Shown: positions 41,270 through 50,910, numbered from the stretch's first letter. The stretch: DNA of 57,499 nucleotides from Desulfurococcales archaeon (GCA_015521295.1 WAOL01000065.1:1-57499); one strand, 5' to 3'. Notes: generated by a model not told the origin, from the sequence alone. Made by a program: numbers and translations.

Positions 41270-42451
41270 GTGGTTAGGGATGATACGAGTGCTGTGCATG
41301 GGTGGAAGTGGAATGAAGAGCAGTTTGGTTCAGTAGTTACGCCAGTGTACCTCAGCACTGCTTACAGGTACCTAGATGAGGAGCATGCTATGGTGAGCGA
41401 TAGAGGTAAGGTGATTAAGTATGCCCGGGAAGAGACACCAACTGTACGGGCTCTGGAACGTGTGATCGCGTCGTTAGAGGGTTACGATGATGCCCTAGTC
41501 TTCTCAAGTGGGATGGCTTCAATATCTACGTTAATGTTAAGGGTTCTTGAGCCAGGTTGCAAGTTGATCGTGCCGCTAGAGATGTATAGCACCACCCTTC
41601 AGCTTCTGGAGTCGCTATCCAAGAAGATTGGGTTTGACGTCATCAAGGTCTGGCCCTCTGCTGATGCGATAATAGACGCGTTAGAGGGTGACGATAGGGC
41701 AGTAAAAACTGTGATTTTCTTGGAAGTTATGTGTAACCCGACGCTGAAGGTAATAGACTTAAATAGAATATCGAGGGTCGTGCAAGACCGCGAAAACACT
41801 ACATTAGTTGTTGACAATACTTTCACCACTCCTATTCTATTGCATCCTAAGGACTATGGCGCCTCAGCAACAATCCACAGCCTCACGAAGTACTTAGCCG
41901 GGCATAACGATGTTATTGGGGGTGCGGTGGCGGCATCAAGCGCCGTCATCCAAGATCTCTGGGATTGGCGTAGGATGTTGGGGACCGTAATGCAGCCCCT
42001 CGAGGCGTACCTAACGATACGTGGGATTAAGACATTGCGGGTGAGGTTCGTTAAGCAATGTGAGAACGCTAGAGCCATAGCAGAATATCTTCTGGATCAC
42101 CCGAAAGTTAAGGACGTTATGTACCCCGGACTGCCTAGCAGTCCCTACCATAGCATAGCCAATAAAATATTCCGCGCAAAGCTCTACGGCGCCGTAGTTA
42201 GCTTCGTTCCACGCGGTGGTAGGGACTCGATCATAAGGTTCCTTAAGGAACTTAAGGTAATTGCACCATCACCGAGCCTGGGCGGGCCTGAATCACTGAT
42301 ATCCATAGCAAGTGCCTCCGCAGCCAAGTACATACCGCCAGACGTTAGGGAGGAGTTAGGCATTGAGGACACGCTATTAAGGCTCTCCGTCGGGCTGGAG
42401 GACGTCAATGACTTAGTAGAGGATTTAGACAAGGCGTTCGCAAAAATCTAG
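41270..42451 (+). CDS. Cystathionine gamma-synthase/lyase family PLP enzyme
   Basis: FSSGMASI, VVDNTF.TP, HSLTKYLAGH, SLGGPESL, LRLSVGLE. Confidence 0.93.
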   Translation: MVRDDTSAVHGWKWNEEQFGSVVTPVYLSTAYRYLDEEHAMVSDRGKVIKYAREETPTVRALERVIASLEGYDDALVFSSGMASISTLMLRVLEPGCKLIVPLEMYSTTLQLLESLSKKIGFDVIKVWPSADAIIDALEGDDRAVKTVIFLEVMCNPTLKVIDLNRISRVVQDRENTTLVVDNTFTTPILLHPKDYGASATIHSLTKYLAGHNDVIGGAVAASSAVIQDLWDWRRMLGTVMQPLEAYLTIRGIKTLRVRFVKQCENARAIAEYLLDHPKVKDVMYPGLPSSPYHSIANKIFRAKLYGAVVSFVPRGGRDSIIRFLKELKVIAPSPSLGGPESLISIASASAAKYIPPDVREELGIEDTLLRLSVGLEDVNDLVEDLDKAFAKI

Positions 42452-42453
42452 AG

Positions 42454-43392
42454 GTGATCAGGGTGAGTGCGGAGAAGGTGACTAACCACGTTTACTTGAT
42501 AGACACGAAGCCCTTGGGTGTGCCTCAGTTAATAGGGGTTTACCTAGTTGTGGGTGAAGGCAAGGCGGCACTAATTGATGCCGGAGCAATGACGGGATTG
42601 AGGAACCTGCTAACAGAACTTAGGCCACTGCTAAGCAGTAATAACGTTAGGAGGCTCTTCGTGGCACTGACCCACATACACCTAGACCATGGGGGCGCCG
42701 CAGCTTCACTCCTCAAAACCCTAATCAACGAAGGATATGATGGAGGGATCTTAGTTCACCCCCGCGGTGTCAAACACGTCGTCAACCCAACGAAGCTGTG
42801 GTCATCAGCACTAACAGTGCTAGGGGAAGAAAGGGCAAACGCCATGGGTAAGCCGGAACCCATAGACCCTGGGTACGTGCATGGCGTGGAGGACGGTGAG
42901 ATAATCGATTTAGGGGACGTTAAGGTCAAGGCGATATACACACCGGGGCACGCACCACACCACGTAGCATACTTAGTGATCCCCGACTCAGTTGCGGTGA
43001 CTGGTGACGCGTTAGCCATTCACCACGATGGCAAGCTACACCCCGTCACCCCACCACCCTTCCGGGCAGACCTAGCGCTAGCAAGTATTGAGAAGATTAA
43101 GGAGGAACGCCCCGACGTAGTGACGGTCTCACACTACGGGGTCCTGCCGTGGCGGGGTGAAGAAGCCCTCGAGAAAGCGAAGAGCAAGATACTACAGTGG
43201 TTAAACATAGTGGAGAATGCGGTAAGAAAAGGCTTAACGGACCCCGACACAGTGTTCGAGATAATCCTTAAGGAGGATCCCGAAGTAGCTGAGATAATGG
43301 CTGCCCGCGAGAATAACCCTATATTCAGGAACTCGGCTAAGACAGCCTTACGCGGCATACTTGAGTACGTCCTAACAACGCAGAAACACTGA
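42454..43392 (+). CDS. Metallo-beta-lactamase-fold hydrolase
   Basis: THIHLDHGG, TPGHAPHH, TGD, SHYG. Confidence 0.92.
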   Translation: MIRVSAEKVTNHVYLIDTKPLGVPQLIGVYLVVGEGKAALIDAGAMTGLRNLLTELRPLLSSNNVRRLFVALTHIHLDHGGAAASLLKTLINEGYDGGILVHPRGVKHVVNPTKLWSSALTVLGEERANAMGKPEPIDPGYVHGVEDGEIIDLGDVKVKAIYTPGHAPHHVAYLVIPDSVAVTGDALAIHHDGKLHPVTPPPFRADLALASIEKIKEERPDVVTVSHYGVLPWRGEEALEKAKSKILQWLNIVENAVRKGLTDPDTVFEIILKEDPEVAEIMAARENNPIFRNSAKTALRGILEYVLTTQKH

Positions 43393-43431
43393 TGAACCCT
43401 ACCAACACATTAGGGAAGGTGAACATGCCTC

Positions 43432-45822
43432 TTGATAAACGAGGGGGCCTTCAGGAAAGAAGCAGTGCGCCTCACTTACGAACCTCTAAGTAATAACATC
43501 CTCAAGATAAGCGCGTGCCGTGAAGGGTGCGAAGAATCGTTAAGGAGACTCGAGGAGTTGCTAAAGCTAATACCAGCGACTACCGCAACAAGCACCCAAC
43601 GCACGGTCAAGGCTTGGGACGTAAGGATCGAGGAAGCAAGCCTCAAGATAAGTTGGGAGGGCAAGACATTAACAGAACTCAGCGTCACGTCCCCCAAGGA
43701 CGGTATGCTTGTACTCGAGCATCATGCGGGAGACTCATACATTTATGGCTTAGGTGAGAAATACGGCCCCCTCGATAGGCGAGGGAGGACGTACAGGCTA
43801 TGGAACGTTGACCAGCCAGTTCACCTACCTCTAGGGGAACCGATGTACGCGTCAATTCCTTTCTACCTAGCGCTGAAACCTGGAAAGTACCTTGGTGTAT
43901 TCGTAAACCACGCGGGATACGCGGAGGTCGACGTAGGTGCTAGGTCCCCGGGTCTGGTGAGGACCTCAATTTACGGTAATGCGTTAGTAGCTTACGTAAT
44001 GGCTGGTAGGAGCCCATTAGAGGTTATCGAGGCGTACACATCCCTAACCGGGAAGCCTTACTTACCGCCTAAGTGGGCGTTAGGCTATCATCAAAGCAGG
44101 TACAGCTACATGAGTTCAGAGGAGGTCCTCAACATAGCTAGGGCCTTCAGGGAGAGAGGCATACCTTGTGACGCCATACACCTTGATATAGACTACATGG
44201 AGGGATATAGGATATTCATGTGGAGTAGGGATTTCAGGGAACCCAAGAAGCTAGCTAAGGAATTACGTAAGCTAGGCATTCGACTGGTAACGATACTGGA
44301 CGTAGGTGTTAAGGAGGAGCGAGGGTACAGAGTGTTTGAGGAAGGCGTAGCGATCAACGCATTCATGAAGACCCCTAACGGCGAACTATTCCGCGGTGGC
44401 GTGTGGCCGGGAGTATGCGTGTTCCCAGACTTCCTCCGTGAGGACGTGCGTGAGTGGTGGGGAGAACTAGTAGCGTGTGAGTTACTCTCAAAGGGTGTCA
44501 GCGGCATTTGGTTAGACATGAATGAACCGGCAATATTTTACAAGGTAAGTGACGTCGAGTCCGTGGCCAGGAAAGCGGGCGCTCTACTGAGTGAGGGCAG
44601 AACACGTGAGCTCGGCGAACTTCTTCGCAAGGCCCCAGCACTGATCTCCACGTATGGATGGCCTTGGCTGGGTGTGCCGCGAATAGATGCCGTCCACGAG
44701 GCTAGTAACGGACTTAAAGTGCATCATGATAGTATTCACAATGCATACCCGCTACTAGAGGCGGAAGCAACCTTCCGAGCATTCAAGAAGCATAACCCCA
44801 GAAGCAGGTGGTTCATCCTCAGCAGGGGGGCCTACGCCGGCATACAGAAGTACGCGGCGGTATGGTCAGGGGATAATCAGTCTTGTTGGGAACATCTCTC
44901 TGTCTCAATACCTATATTATTGAATATGAGTTTAAGCGGGCTTCACTTCGTCGGCGCGGACGTAGGCGGCTTCGAGGGTGACACAGAACCGGAACTCCTC
45001 CTGAGATGGACACAGTTAGGTGCCTTCTACCCGTTCTTCAGGAACCACAGCAGTAAAGGTACGCGAAGACAAGAACCATGGGTCTTCGGCCCTGAGTGGG
45101 AGAGGCTAATAGCTGATGCCATTAAGTTGAGGTACAGGTTCCTACCATATATCTACAGCGTATTTGTTGAGGCTAGCAGGAGCGGTAAGCCAGTCATGCG
45201 TGCACTCTTTCTGGAGTTCCCCGAGGATGAGCGATCCTACACTGTAAGCGATGAGTTCATGGTTGGTAAGTCATTACTCGTGGCGCCAGTGATGGCCTCA
45301 GGGAAGGAGGCTAGGGCGGTGTACTTACCGGTGGTGAAGTGGGTTAATTACTGGACGGGCGAAGTTCTTGAACCGGGTTGGAAGCTCGTTAACGCTCCCT
45401 TAGACAGAGTTCCCTTATTCATTAGGGAGGACACGGCCGTCATAACCACGGATCCCAAGCGGACAGCGCATGAAGTGTGGGACCCGCTATATGTTGAGTC
45501 CTTCGTTAATCATGAAGCCGAAGTAATTATCTACGATGATGATGGCGAGAGCCTTAACGGTGAGTACTTCGAACTTGCTGTGACCCTCAAGAAGCGTGAG
45601 GACGTGTTAAAGATAAGCACAGAGCCAAAGTCCTTGAGGTACTCACCTGAAATAAAGGACGTGGTGTTCAAGGTATTTAGTTCAGGAGTGATTAGGGAAG
45701 TAAGCCTTAATGGGGTAAGGGTTGACGCTAGGGTTGAGGACGGCGTAGTTTACTTCACCGTACCGCTAAGCGTGCTATGTGGCACTGAAGGTAATGCGTG
45801 GTGTGGGCGGTCTATCCGCTGA
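43432..45822 (+). CDS. GH31 alpha-glucosidase
   Basis: YGLGEK, WALGYHQSRY, WLDMNEP nucleophile, WSGDN, FYPFFRNH. Confidence 0.96.
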   Translation: MINEGAFRKEAVRLTYEPLSNNILKISACREGCEESLRRLEELLKLIPATTATSTQRTVKAWDVRIEEASLKISWEGKTLTELSVTSPKDGMLVLEHHAGDSYIYGLGEKYGPLDRRGRTYRLWNVDQPVHLPLGEPMYASIPFYLALKPGKYLGVFVNHAGYAEVDVGARSPGLVRTSIYGNALVAYVMAGRSPLEVIEAYTSLTGKPYLPPKWALGYHQSRYSYMSSEEVLNIARAFRERGIPCDAIHLDIDYMEGYRIFMWSRDFREPKKLAKELRKLGIRLVTILDVGVKEERGYRVFEEGVAINAFMKTPNGELFRGGVWPGVCVFPDFLREDVREWWGELVACELLSKGVSGIWLDMNEPAIFYKVSDVESVARKAGALLSEGRTRELGELLRKAPALISTYGWPWLGVPRIDAVHEASNGLKVHHDSIHNAYPLLEAEATFRAFKKHNPRSRWFILSRGAYAGIQKYAAVWSGDNQSCWEHLSVSIPILLNMSLSGLHFVGADVGGFEGDTEPELLLRWTQLGAFYPFFRNHSSKGTRRQEPWVFGPEWERLIADAIKLRYRFLPYIYSVFVEASRSGKPVMRALFLEFPEDERSYTVSDEFMVGKSLLVAPVMASGKEARAVYLPVVKWVNYWTGEVLEPGWKLVNAPLDRVPLFIREDTAVITTDPKRTAHEVWDPLYVESFVNHEAEVIIYDDDGESLNGEYFELAVTLKKREDVLKISTEPKSLRYSPEIKDVVFKVFSSGVIREVSLNGVRVDARVEDGVVYFTVPLSVLCGTEGNAWCGRSIR

Positions 45823-45937
45823 AGGAGCATCATTTTTATTCTCAGGCAACCCGGTTCACGTCATCCCGCCCAAGTGAGGTATTGTTTTGAAGGGATAAAG
45901 CGTTAATCTAGGTACCGTTCCATACCCTCTTAGGAAG

Positions 45938-46711
45938 TCACGGTAATAGCATCTTAACGGACGTTACGAGAAGCACGCAACCGATAATTAACCTGAGTGT
46001 TTGAGGCTTCATCTTAACCGCCAGCCGGGACCCTATGGACGCACCTACAAGCGACCCAGAAACGAAAGGTATAGCGACATCGTAAATTACCTCACCATGG
46101 AGTATGTGTTGGGTTGTAGCTATCACTGCTGTGGGGAATATCGTGAAGAACGACGTAGCCACGGCGTTGTGTATGGGCATACCTAAAACCGTGGTGTAGA
46201 GCGGCATGTTCACGGAGCCGCCTGCGGTCCCTGTTATTCCTGCTATGAAGCCTGCTATGAGACCTACGAAAGCGCACTTAAGTAATGTGTTTAGTGATGG
46301 GTTGACACCATAGTCGTTTTCCTCCCCCTCCTTTCTCACTTTCTTCCTTATGAATGCGGAGAGGAGTCTGAGGCTATAGATCATTATGAATGAACCAACA
46401 ATGAACTTCAGTATCGATGAATTCAGGAGCCCTGAAAGGTAGGCGCCAACGTACGATGATGGTATCATTGCCGCGAGAGCCACTAGCCCTACGCGGTAAT
46501 TCACCTTACCACTTCTTAAATAGTTCACCATACTCACGAAGCTTATGAAGGTGATTACGAACTTGCTGGTTCCTACGGCGTTGCTCATTCCTAGCCCTAA
46601 GAAGTAGAATAGGGGGACCATGAATACCCCGCCCCCAATTCCGGCCATGGAGGAAAGCAAGGATATAGTAATGGCGATGCCGGCGTAGGCAACGTACGTT
46701 AACCAATGTAT
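45938..46711 (-). CDS. TauE/SafE sulfite-exporter-family membrane protein; start probably upstream of TTG 46660
   Basis: GIGGGVFMVP, AVGTS, G.AGG...P, AVATS; first TM helix is encoded at 46661-46711. Confidence 0.88.
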   Translation of the reverse strand: MHWLTYVAYAGIAITISLLSSMAGIGGGVFMVPLFYFLGLGMSNAVGTSKFVITFISFVSMVNYLRSGKVNYRVGLVALAAMIPSSYVGAYLSGLLNSSILKFIVGSFIMIYSLRLLSAFIRKKVRKEGEENDYGVNPSLNTLLKCAFVGLIAGFIAGITGTAGGSVNMPLYTTVLGMPIHNAVATSFFTIFPTAVIATTQHILHGEVIYDVAIPFVSGSLVGASIGSRLAVKMKPQTLRLIIGCVLLVTSVKMLLP

Positions 46712-46766
46712 GGTGCATGCACCCGCTTACTTAGTGGTTGAGTTAAAACCTGCATTTAAATCACCT

Positions 46767-48116
46767 TTAGGACTTAGAGAGCATCAGTTCCCTCAAGTAA
46801 TCAGCTATGCGCTCTATAGGCATCTCACCGCCCATCCCGCGAGACACCGTCCCTTCAGGGTCGTAGACGGTGAACACGCCATGCCAGTCATGAACCGCGT
46901 CGTCAGGCCCTCTGTCGTTCTCCGGAAGGAACGGAGTGTCCCACCCAACGGTTCCAGCAGCGCGCCAGCTTAGGTCGTCGAAGTACGCCATCAGGTCAGG
47001 CGGGTCACCCCGCACTTCAGGGTATATTTCCTCCGGTCTAAGCACTATGTTGCGCCATAACGCGCCATTATCGCCTTTCACTCTCCGTAAGTCGTTGGAG
47101 AGTTGCGTTATGACGTCATCGAATTCTTCCTTGCCGACAATTCCCTTCGGTTCCCTGCCCTTTAGGTTGATGAAGATGCGTGAGTAGTAGCCTCCCCAGC
47201 CCCAAGCTATTGTTGAGTCCCAGTCAATCATCTCTCTGGTTAGGTCAGTGCCGGGCTTCTTCGGCTTCTCCTTCAGCTTCAGGTACCCCTCCTTAATGAG
47301 CCATTCGTTCACGGCGAACGCGCCAGCCATAGACTTGACGCCATGGTCGGACGCAACAACTATTATCGTGTCCTTCGGCAATGCTTTCCTGATTCTCTTG
47401 AACCCCTCGTCTATTAACTTGTAGTAGTCGGGGATCACACGTGATAGCTCCTTGTTCTCCTCGTACCTAGGGTGGGAGACGTCGAAGTACTTCCAGAAGG
47501 CATGATGTATTCTGTCAATACCTATCTCAACGTATATGAAGAGGTCCCATGCTTTGCGCTTAACTAGGTACTCAATTATCTTCAGGTGCTGCCTAGTCAT
47601 CTGGAAGAGTTCGTCCCTAACCCTCTCCTTATCATGCCTCCTGAACTTCACGTCGAATATGAGTGGTCCGAACCTCGACTCTAGCTCATGCTTAAGCCAC
47701 GGCGGGAACGCGTACTGGTTTTCCGGGCCCGGAGTCATGAAGTCCGTTATCATGAAGCCCCTCACGGGCCTCGGCGGATATGTTGGGGGCACCCCGAAAA
47801 TCCCTACACGACCGCCAGCACGGCTGATGGTATCCCATAGTGTCTGATGCTTAATGAAGTTCGAGTTTATTATGTAGGTGTGTCCAACATCCCCAGGCTT
47901 CCTATGCCTGAACCCATAAATGCCTAACTCTCCCGGCGTCTTACCGGTGAACATCACTAGCCACGCCGGTATCGTTATTGGCGGGTGGCAGGTGCGCATT
48001 AACCACCTTCTGGAGTCATCTATGAGCGAGCCCAACACGGGAATGTCGACACCGTACCTCTCGTATAGGGTTTTCGGCGGCGCCGAGTCCAGCCCAAGCA
48101 CGAATACTTTCCTCAA
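46767..48116 (-). CDS. Alkaline-phosphatase-superfamily (type I phosphodiesterase/nucleotide pyrophosphatase-like) protein
   Basis: VLGLDSA, PPITIPAW..M.TGK.PG..GIYGF, DRIHH.FW, VASDHG, C-terminal H. Confidence 0.9.
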   Translation of the reverse strand: MRKVFVLGLDSAPPKTLYERYGVDIPVLGSLIDDSRRWLMRTCHPPITIPAWLVMFTGKTPGELGIYGFRHRKPGDVGHTYIINSNFIKHQTLWDTISRAGGRVGIFGVPPTYPPRPVRGFMITDFMTPGPENQYAFPPWLKHELESRFGPLIFDVKFRRHDKERVRDELFQMTRQHLKIIEYLVKRKAWDLFIYVEIGIDRIHHAFWKYFDVSHPRYEENKELSRVIPDYYKLIDEGFKRIRKALPKDTIIVVASDHGVKSMAGAFAVNEWLIKEGYLKLKEKPKKPGTDLTREMIDWDSTIAWGWGGYYSRIFINLKGREPKGIVGKEEFDDVITQLSNDLRRVKGDNGALWRNIVLRPEEIYPEVRGDPPDLMAYFDDLSWRAAGTVGWDTPFLPENDRGPDDAVHDWHGVFTVYDPEGTVSRGMGGEMPIERIADYLRELMLSKS

Positions 48117-48118
48117 AT

Positions 48119-49213
48119 CTACTGCCCCTCCTTACTTAGGTCACGGCATAAATGTGTGGTTATTTTACCTAGCACTTCATCGCAGTCCTCTCCCTCGGAG
48201 CACGTCACCACGAACACCATGTCCTTACCACCCACGCTCAGTCCCTCCTCTCTCAGCTTCTCAAGGAACCTCCTTAGCGGTACGGAATAGCTTCTGACGT
48301 ACACGTACGTCACGTTGAGTGACGGTATGTTATGCGCTAGTAGGATCACGTTGTCCGGATACGCGCGTGCTAGCGACCTTCCAACGTATGAAGTCACTAG
48401 GGAGTCTAGGCTTAACTTCCATATCTTCACACCGGGACAGGGCTCCTCAAGGCTCTGGAGACGGTCGTAGGCACTGTCAACATAACGTGCCGCTGACTCA
48501 TGAGCATCAATCAATACCTCGTCATGTAAAACACCTCTAACACCCTCCTCTGCAAGCACTTGAACCGCGTACTCGATGCACTTACTGTTCACAATCCTGT
48601 AGCAGGAGTCTATGAGTTCAGCCGCCCTAACGAAGTCGTTGAGGGTCATGTTGAGCTCAGCGGCAACGTTATCAACAAACGTCACGTGCTCGCTCGTAGC
48701 GAGTGCTGGCCCAAGGTCTCCAACGATACCTAGTGCCACCAAATCAACGATGTCAGAGGGTGTGTTAAGAAGTTCGTAGAGTACCCACGTGGTTGAGGGG
48801 TATTCGGCCTCGCTCATGCCTAGTGCTACGGGGTTACAGCAGTGTTCCCGAGCATTACAGCTTAACTCAACAGCGTGGTGATCAACGATGAATGCCCGAA
48901 GCCCCTGAGGCACTTGCGCTAACACCTCGTCGGGGCGTGCTCCGTAATCCAGCATCACCAGGGTGTCAGCCCCGCTCTTCTTAATCTCATTGGGGTTCAG
49001 AGCGCTTGCCCCATACACACCTATCTTAGGTGTGCTCATACCCACTATGCGGGGTCCCAGCACCCGCAGGAGTATTGCTGCGGACGCCACGCCGTCAGCA
49101 TCCCAGTGATGTAGCACGTAAACCTTCCTACCTTTCTTAAGGACTCCCTCAATAAACTCAGCGCATGCGGGGATTTCCCTAAGTGACGAACGGGTTGTCG
49201 AAGCTGAGGACAA
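48119..49213 (-). CDS. DHH-family phosphoesterase
   Basis: HHWDADG, LDYG, VDHH, LGIVGD, C-terminal GGK. Confidence 0.88.
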   Translation of the reverse strand: MSSASTTRSSLREIPACAEFIEGVLKKGRKVYVLHHWDADGVASAAILLRVLGPRIVGMSTPKIGVYGASALNPNEIKKSGADTLVMLDYGARPDEVLAQVPQGLRAFIVDHHAVELSCNAREHCCNPVALGMSEAEYPSTTWVLYELLNTPSDIVDLVALGIVGDLGPALATSEHVTFVDNVAAELNMTLNDFVRAAELIDSCYRIVNSKCIEYAVQVLAEEGVRGVLHDEVLIDAHESAARYVDSAYDRLQSLEEPCPGVKIWKLSLDSLVTSYVGRSLARAYPDNVILLAHNIPSLNVTYVYVRSYSVPLRRFLEKLREEGLSVGGKDMVFVVTCSEGEDCDEVLGKITTHLCRDLSKEGQ

Positions 49214-50327
49214 CTTCCGCTACCTCCGGCCTCATCATGTATTCCGGTGGTTTCTCCTTATTCCTTATCATTTTCCTGAGCTTGGTTCCGCTTATCCTCA
49301 CCCTGAATTCGTCGCTGTGCGGGCAGATCTTAGCGTTTACCATGCCTCCACACTTTTTGCAGTAGAATGACTCACGTATGAATAGCGGCGTTATGCCTAG
49401 GTCGGGGAACTCGTTGAAGAGGTCCCACGCCTCGTATGGTCCGTAGTAATTACCTACGCCAGCGTGGTCCCTGCCCACGATGAAGTGTGTGCATCCGAAG
49501 TTCTTCCTAACTATCGCGTGGTGTATTGCTTCCCTAGGTCCCGCGTACCTCATCTGCATCCAGAGCACGGAGAACACGACCGAGTCCTTCGGGTAGTAGT
49601 GCTTGATTAGTGCCTCGTAAGCAGCCACTATAACCTCGTCCTTGAAGTCGCCGGGTTTCTTCCACCCCACTAATGGGTGAACTAGGAGGCCGTCAACGAA
49701 TGTTAAGGCAGCTTTCTGGACGTACTCATGCCCTAAGTGCGGCACGTTACGTGTCTGGAACGCCACTATGGTTCTCCACCCCTTCTCTTTGAACAGCACC
49801 CTCGTCTCAAGCGGTGTGAGCGCGTATCTGTCGAAGGGGTGTTTCAGCGGGTTAAGCAGGTCTATCGGGCCTCCAATCAGTAGTTCCTTACGGGCGTACG
49901 TGCGGGCAACACCGGGGTGGTTGGGGTCCTCAGTCTTAAACACGTGCCTAGCGAACTCCTTCTTATCCCACTCGTAAATCTCCTCGACCTTCATGACGGC
50001 TAGGATCTGACCCTCGTGCGTTAAGGCCACGTCATCACCTTCCTTGACTCCTTGGATCTCATCCTTGCGTACGTCGAGTACTATGGGTATGGTCCAGGGC
50101 GTGTCGTCCGATAACCTCATGTCGTAGAGTACGTGCTCGTAGTCCTCCCTAAGCAGGAATCCCTGGAGGGGTGAGTACGCACCATACGCTATGTTGTGGA
50201 TATCTGACGCGGTATTCTTTGTTACCTCAATACTGTGAAGCTCCTTCGCCTCCTCGAGGAGGGCATCCCTCCTTCTTCCCTTAGCAACCCTATTGACTAA
50301 CCTCCCCCCATGCGGTCTAGACACCAT
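49179..50327 (-). CDS. sat: Sulfate adenylyltransferase
   Basis: PHGGRLVNR, QTRNVPHLGHE, MRYAGPREA, GRDHAGVG, ISGTKLR. Confidence 0.97.
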   Translation of the reverse strand: MVSRPHGGRLVNRVAKGRRRDALLEEAKELHSIEVTKNTASDIHNIAYGAYSPLQGFLLREDYEHVLYDMRLSDDTPWTIPIVLDVRKDEIQGVKEGDDVALTHEGQILAVMKVEEIYEWDKKEFARHVFKTEDPNHPGVARTYARKELLIGGPIDLLNPLKHPFDRYALTPLETRVLFKEKGWRTIVAFQTRNVPHLGHEYVQKAALTFVDGLLVHPLVGWKKPGDFKDEVIVAAYEALIKHYYPKDSVVFSVLWMQMRYAGPREAIHHAIVRKNFGCTHFIVGRDHAGVGNYYGPYEAWDLFNEFPDLGITPLFIRESFYCKKCGGMVNAKICPHSDEFRVRISGTKLRKMIRNKEKPPEYMMRPEVAEVVLSFDNPFVT

Positions 50328-50341
50328 CCCGCATCACCTCC

Positions 50342-50587
50342 TTAAATGTAGCCTAACCTACGGAGCTTCTCTATAATCTTCTCCTTTTCCTCCTCGGTGA
50401 ATGGCTCCTCAGCCTCACGGGCCCTCTCATACTCAACAACTACTTCCCTGAGCACGTAGGTAACGAACTGGGAGACATTGGCAAAGCCCGTACCCTCTAT
50501 GAGTTTCTTTATCCTATTGTACAACGTCACGGGTATTGAGACCGTGGTGTAGCGGCTTCTACCGCCTTTCTTCCCTCCCTCTGGCAA
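50342..50587 (-). CDS. Ribbon-helix-helix protein with C-terminal KLRRLGYI tail
   Basis: YTTVSIP..LY..IK..I...GF..VSQFV.YVLRE plus FTEEEKEKIIEKLRRLGYI. Confidence 0.88.
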   Translation of the reverse strand: MPEGGKKGGRSRYTTVSIPVTLYNRIKKLIEGTGFANVSQFVTYVLREVVVEYERAREAEEPFTEEEKEKIIEKLRRLGYI

Positions 50588-50625
50588 GTGAGCACCCGTG
50601 AATAAGTTGCGGTAGCAATTAAATA

Positions 50626-50641
50626 TAATTACCCGTAATTA
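50626..50641. promoter_or_regulatory. Perfect inverted repeat TAATTAC-N2-GTAATTA, candidate RHH operator
   Basis: Palindrome abutting a minus-strand TATA-like box upstream of the RHH-sat-DHH-AlkP operon. Confidence 0.5.
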
Positions 50642-50694
50642 ATTGAGCAGAAAGTTACTCCTAAAAAGCTAGCGTGTTACTTAGCTACGTACCC

Positions 50695-50910
50695 TCACAG
50701 GTACCCTAAGGATCTGAGCCTCTCCTTAACCTTCTCCTCCTCTTCCTTAGTGTAGCCAGCACTAGCTTCCTCCTCGGTTGAGAGTACCTCGTTAATGACG
50801 AACTCAACGAATTCCCTTACTGAGGAGAAGCCCCCGTTCTCCTCAATATACTTCTTCACCTTCTCATAGAGCTCCCTCGATATCTCGATGCTTACAGTTT
50901 CCTCACCCAT
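50695..50910 (-). CDS. Ribbon-helix-helix protein with C-terminal RLRSLGYL tail
   Basis: VSIEISRELYEKVK..I...GGFSSVREFVEFV plus YTKEEEEKVKERLRSLGYL; start placed at ATG 50910. Confidence 0.88.
   Translation of the reverse strand: MGEETVSIEISRELYEKVKKYIEENGGFSSVREFVEFVINEVLSTEEEASAGYTKEEEEKVKERLRSLGYL

Noticed and set aside
43390..43435. CTGATGA at the MBL-hydrolase stop as a C box or hammerhead core
   Set aside because: Explained by tandem stop codons; no D boxes or hammerhead stems
45811..45864. Minus-strand ATGACGT-12nt-CTGA-ATGATGC as a C/D sRNA
   Set aside because: The first half fits but there is no acceptable terminal D box; left uncalled
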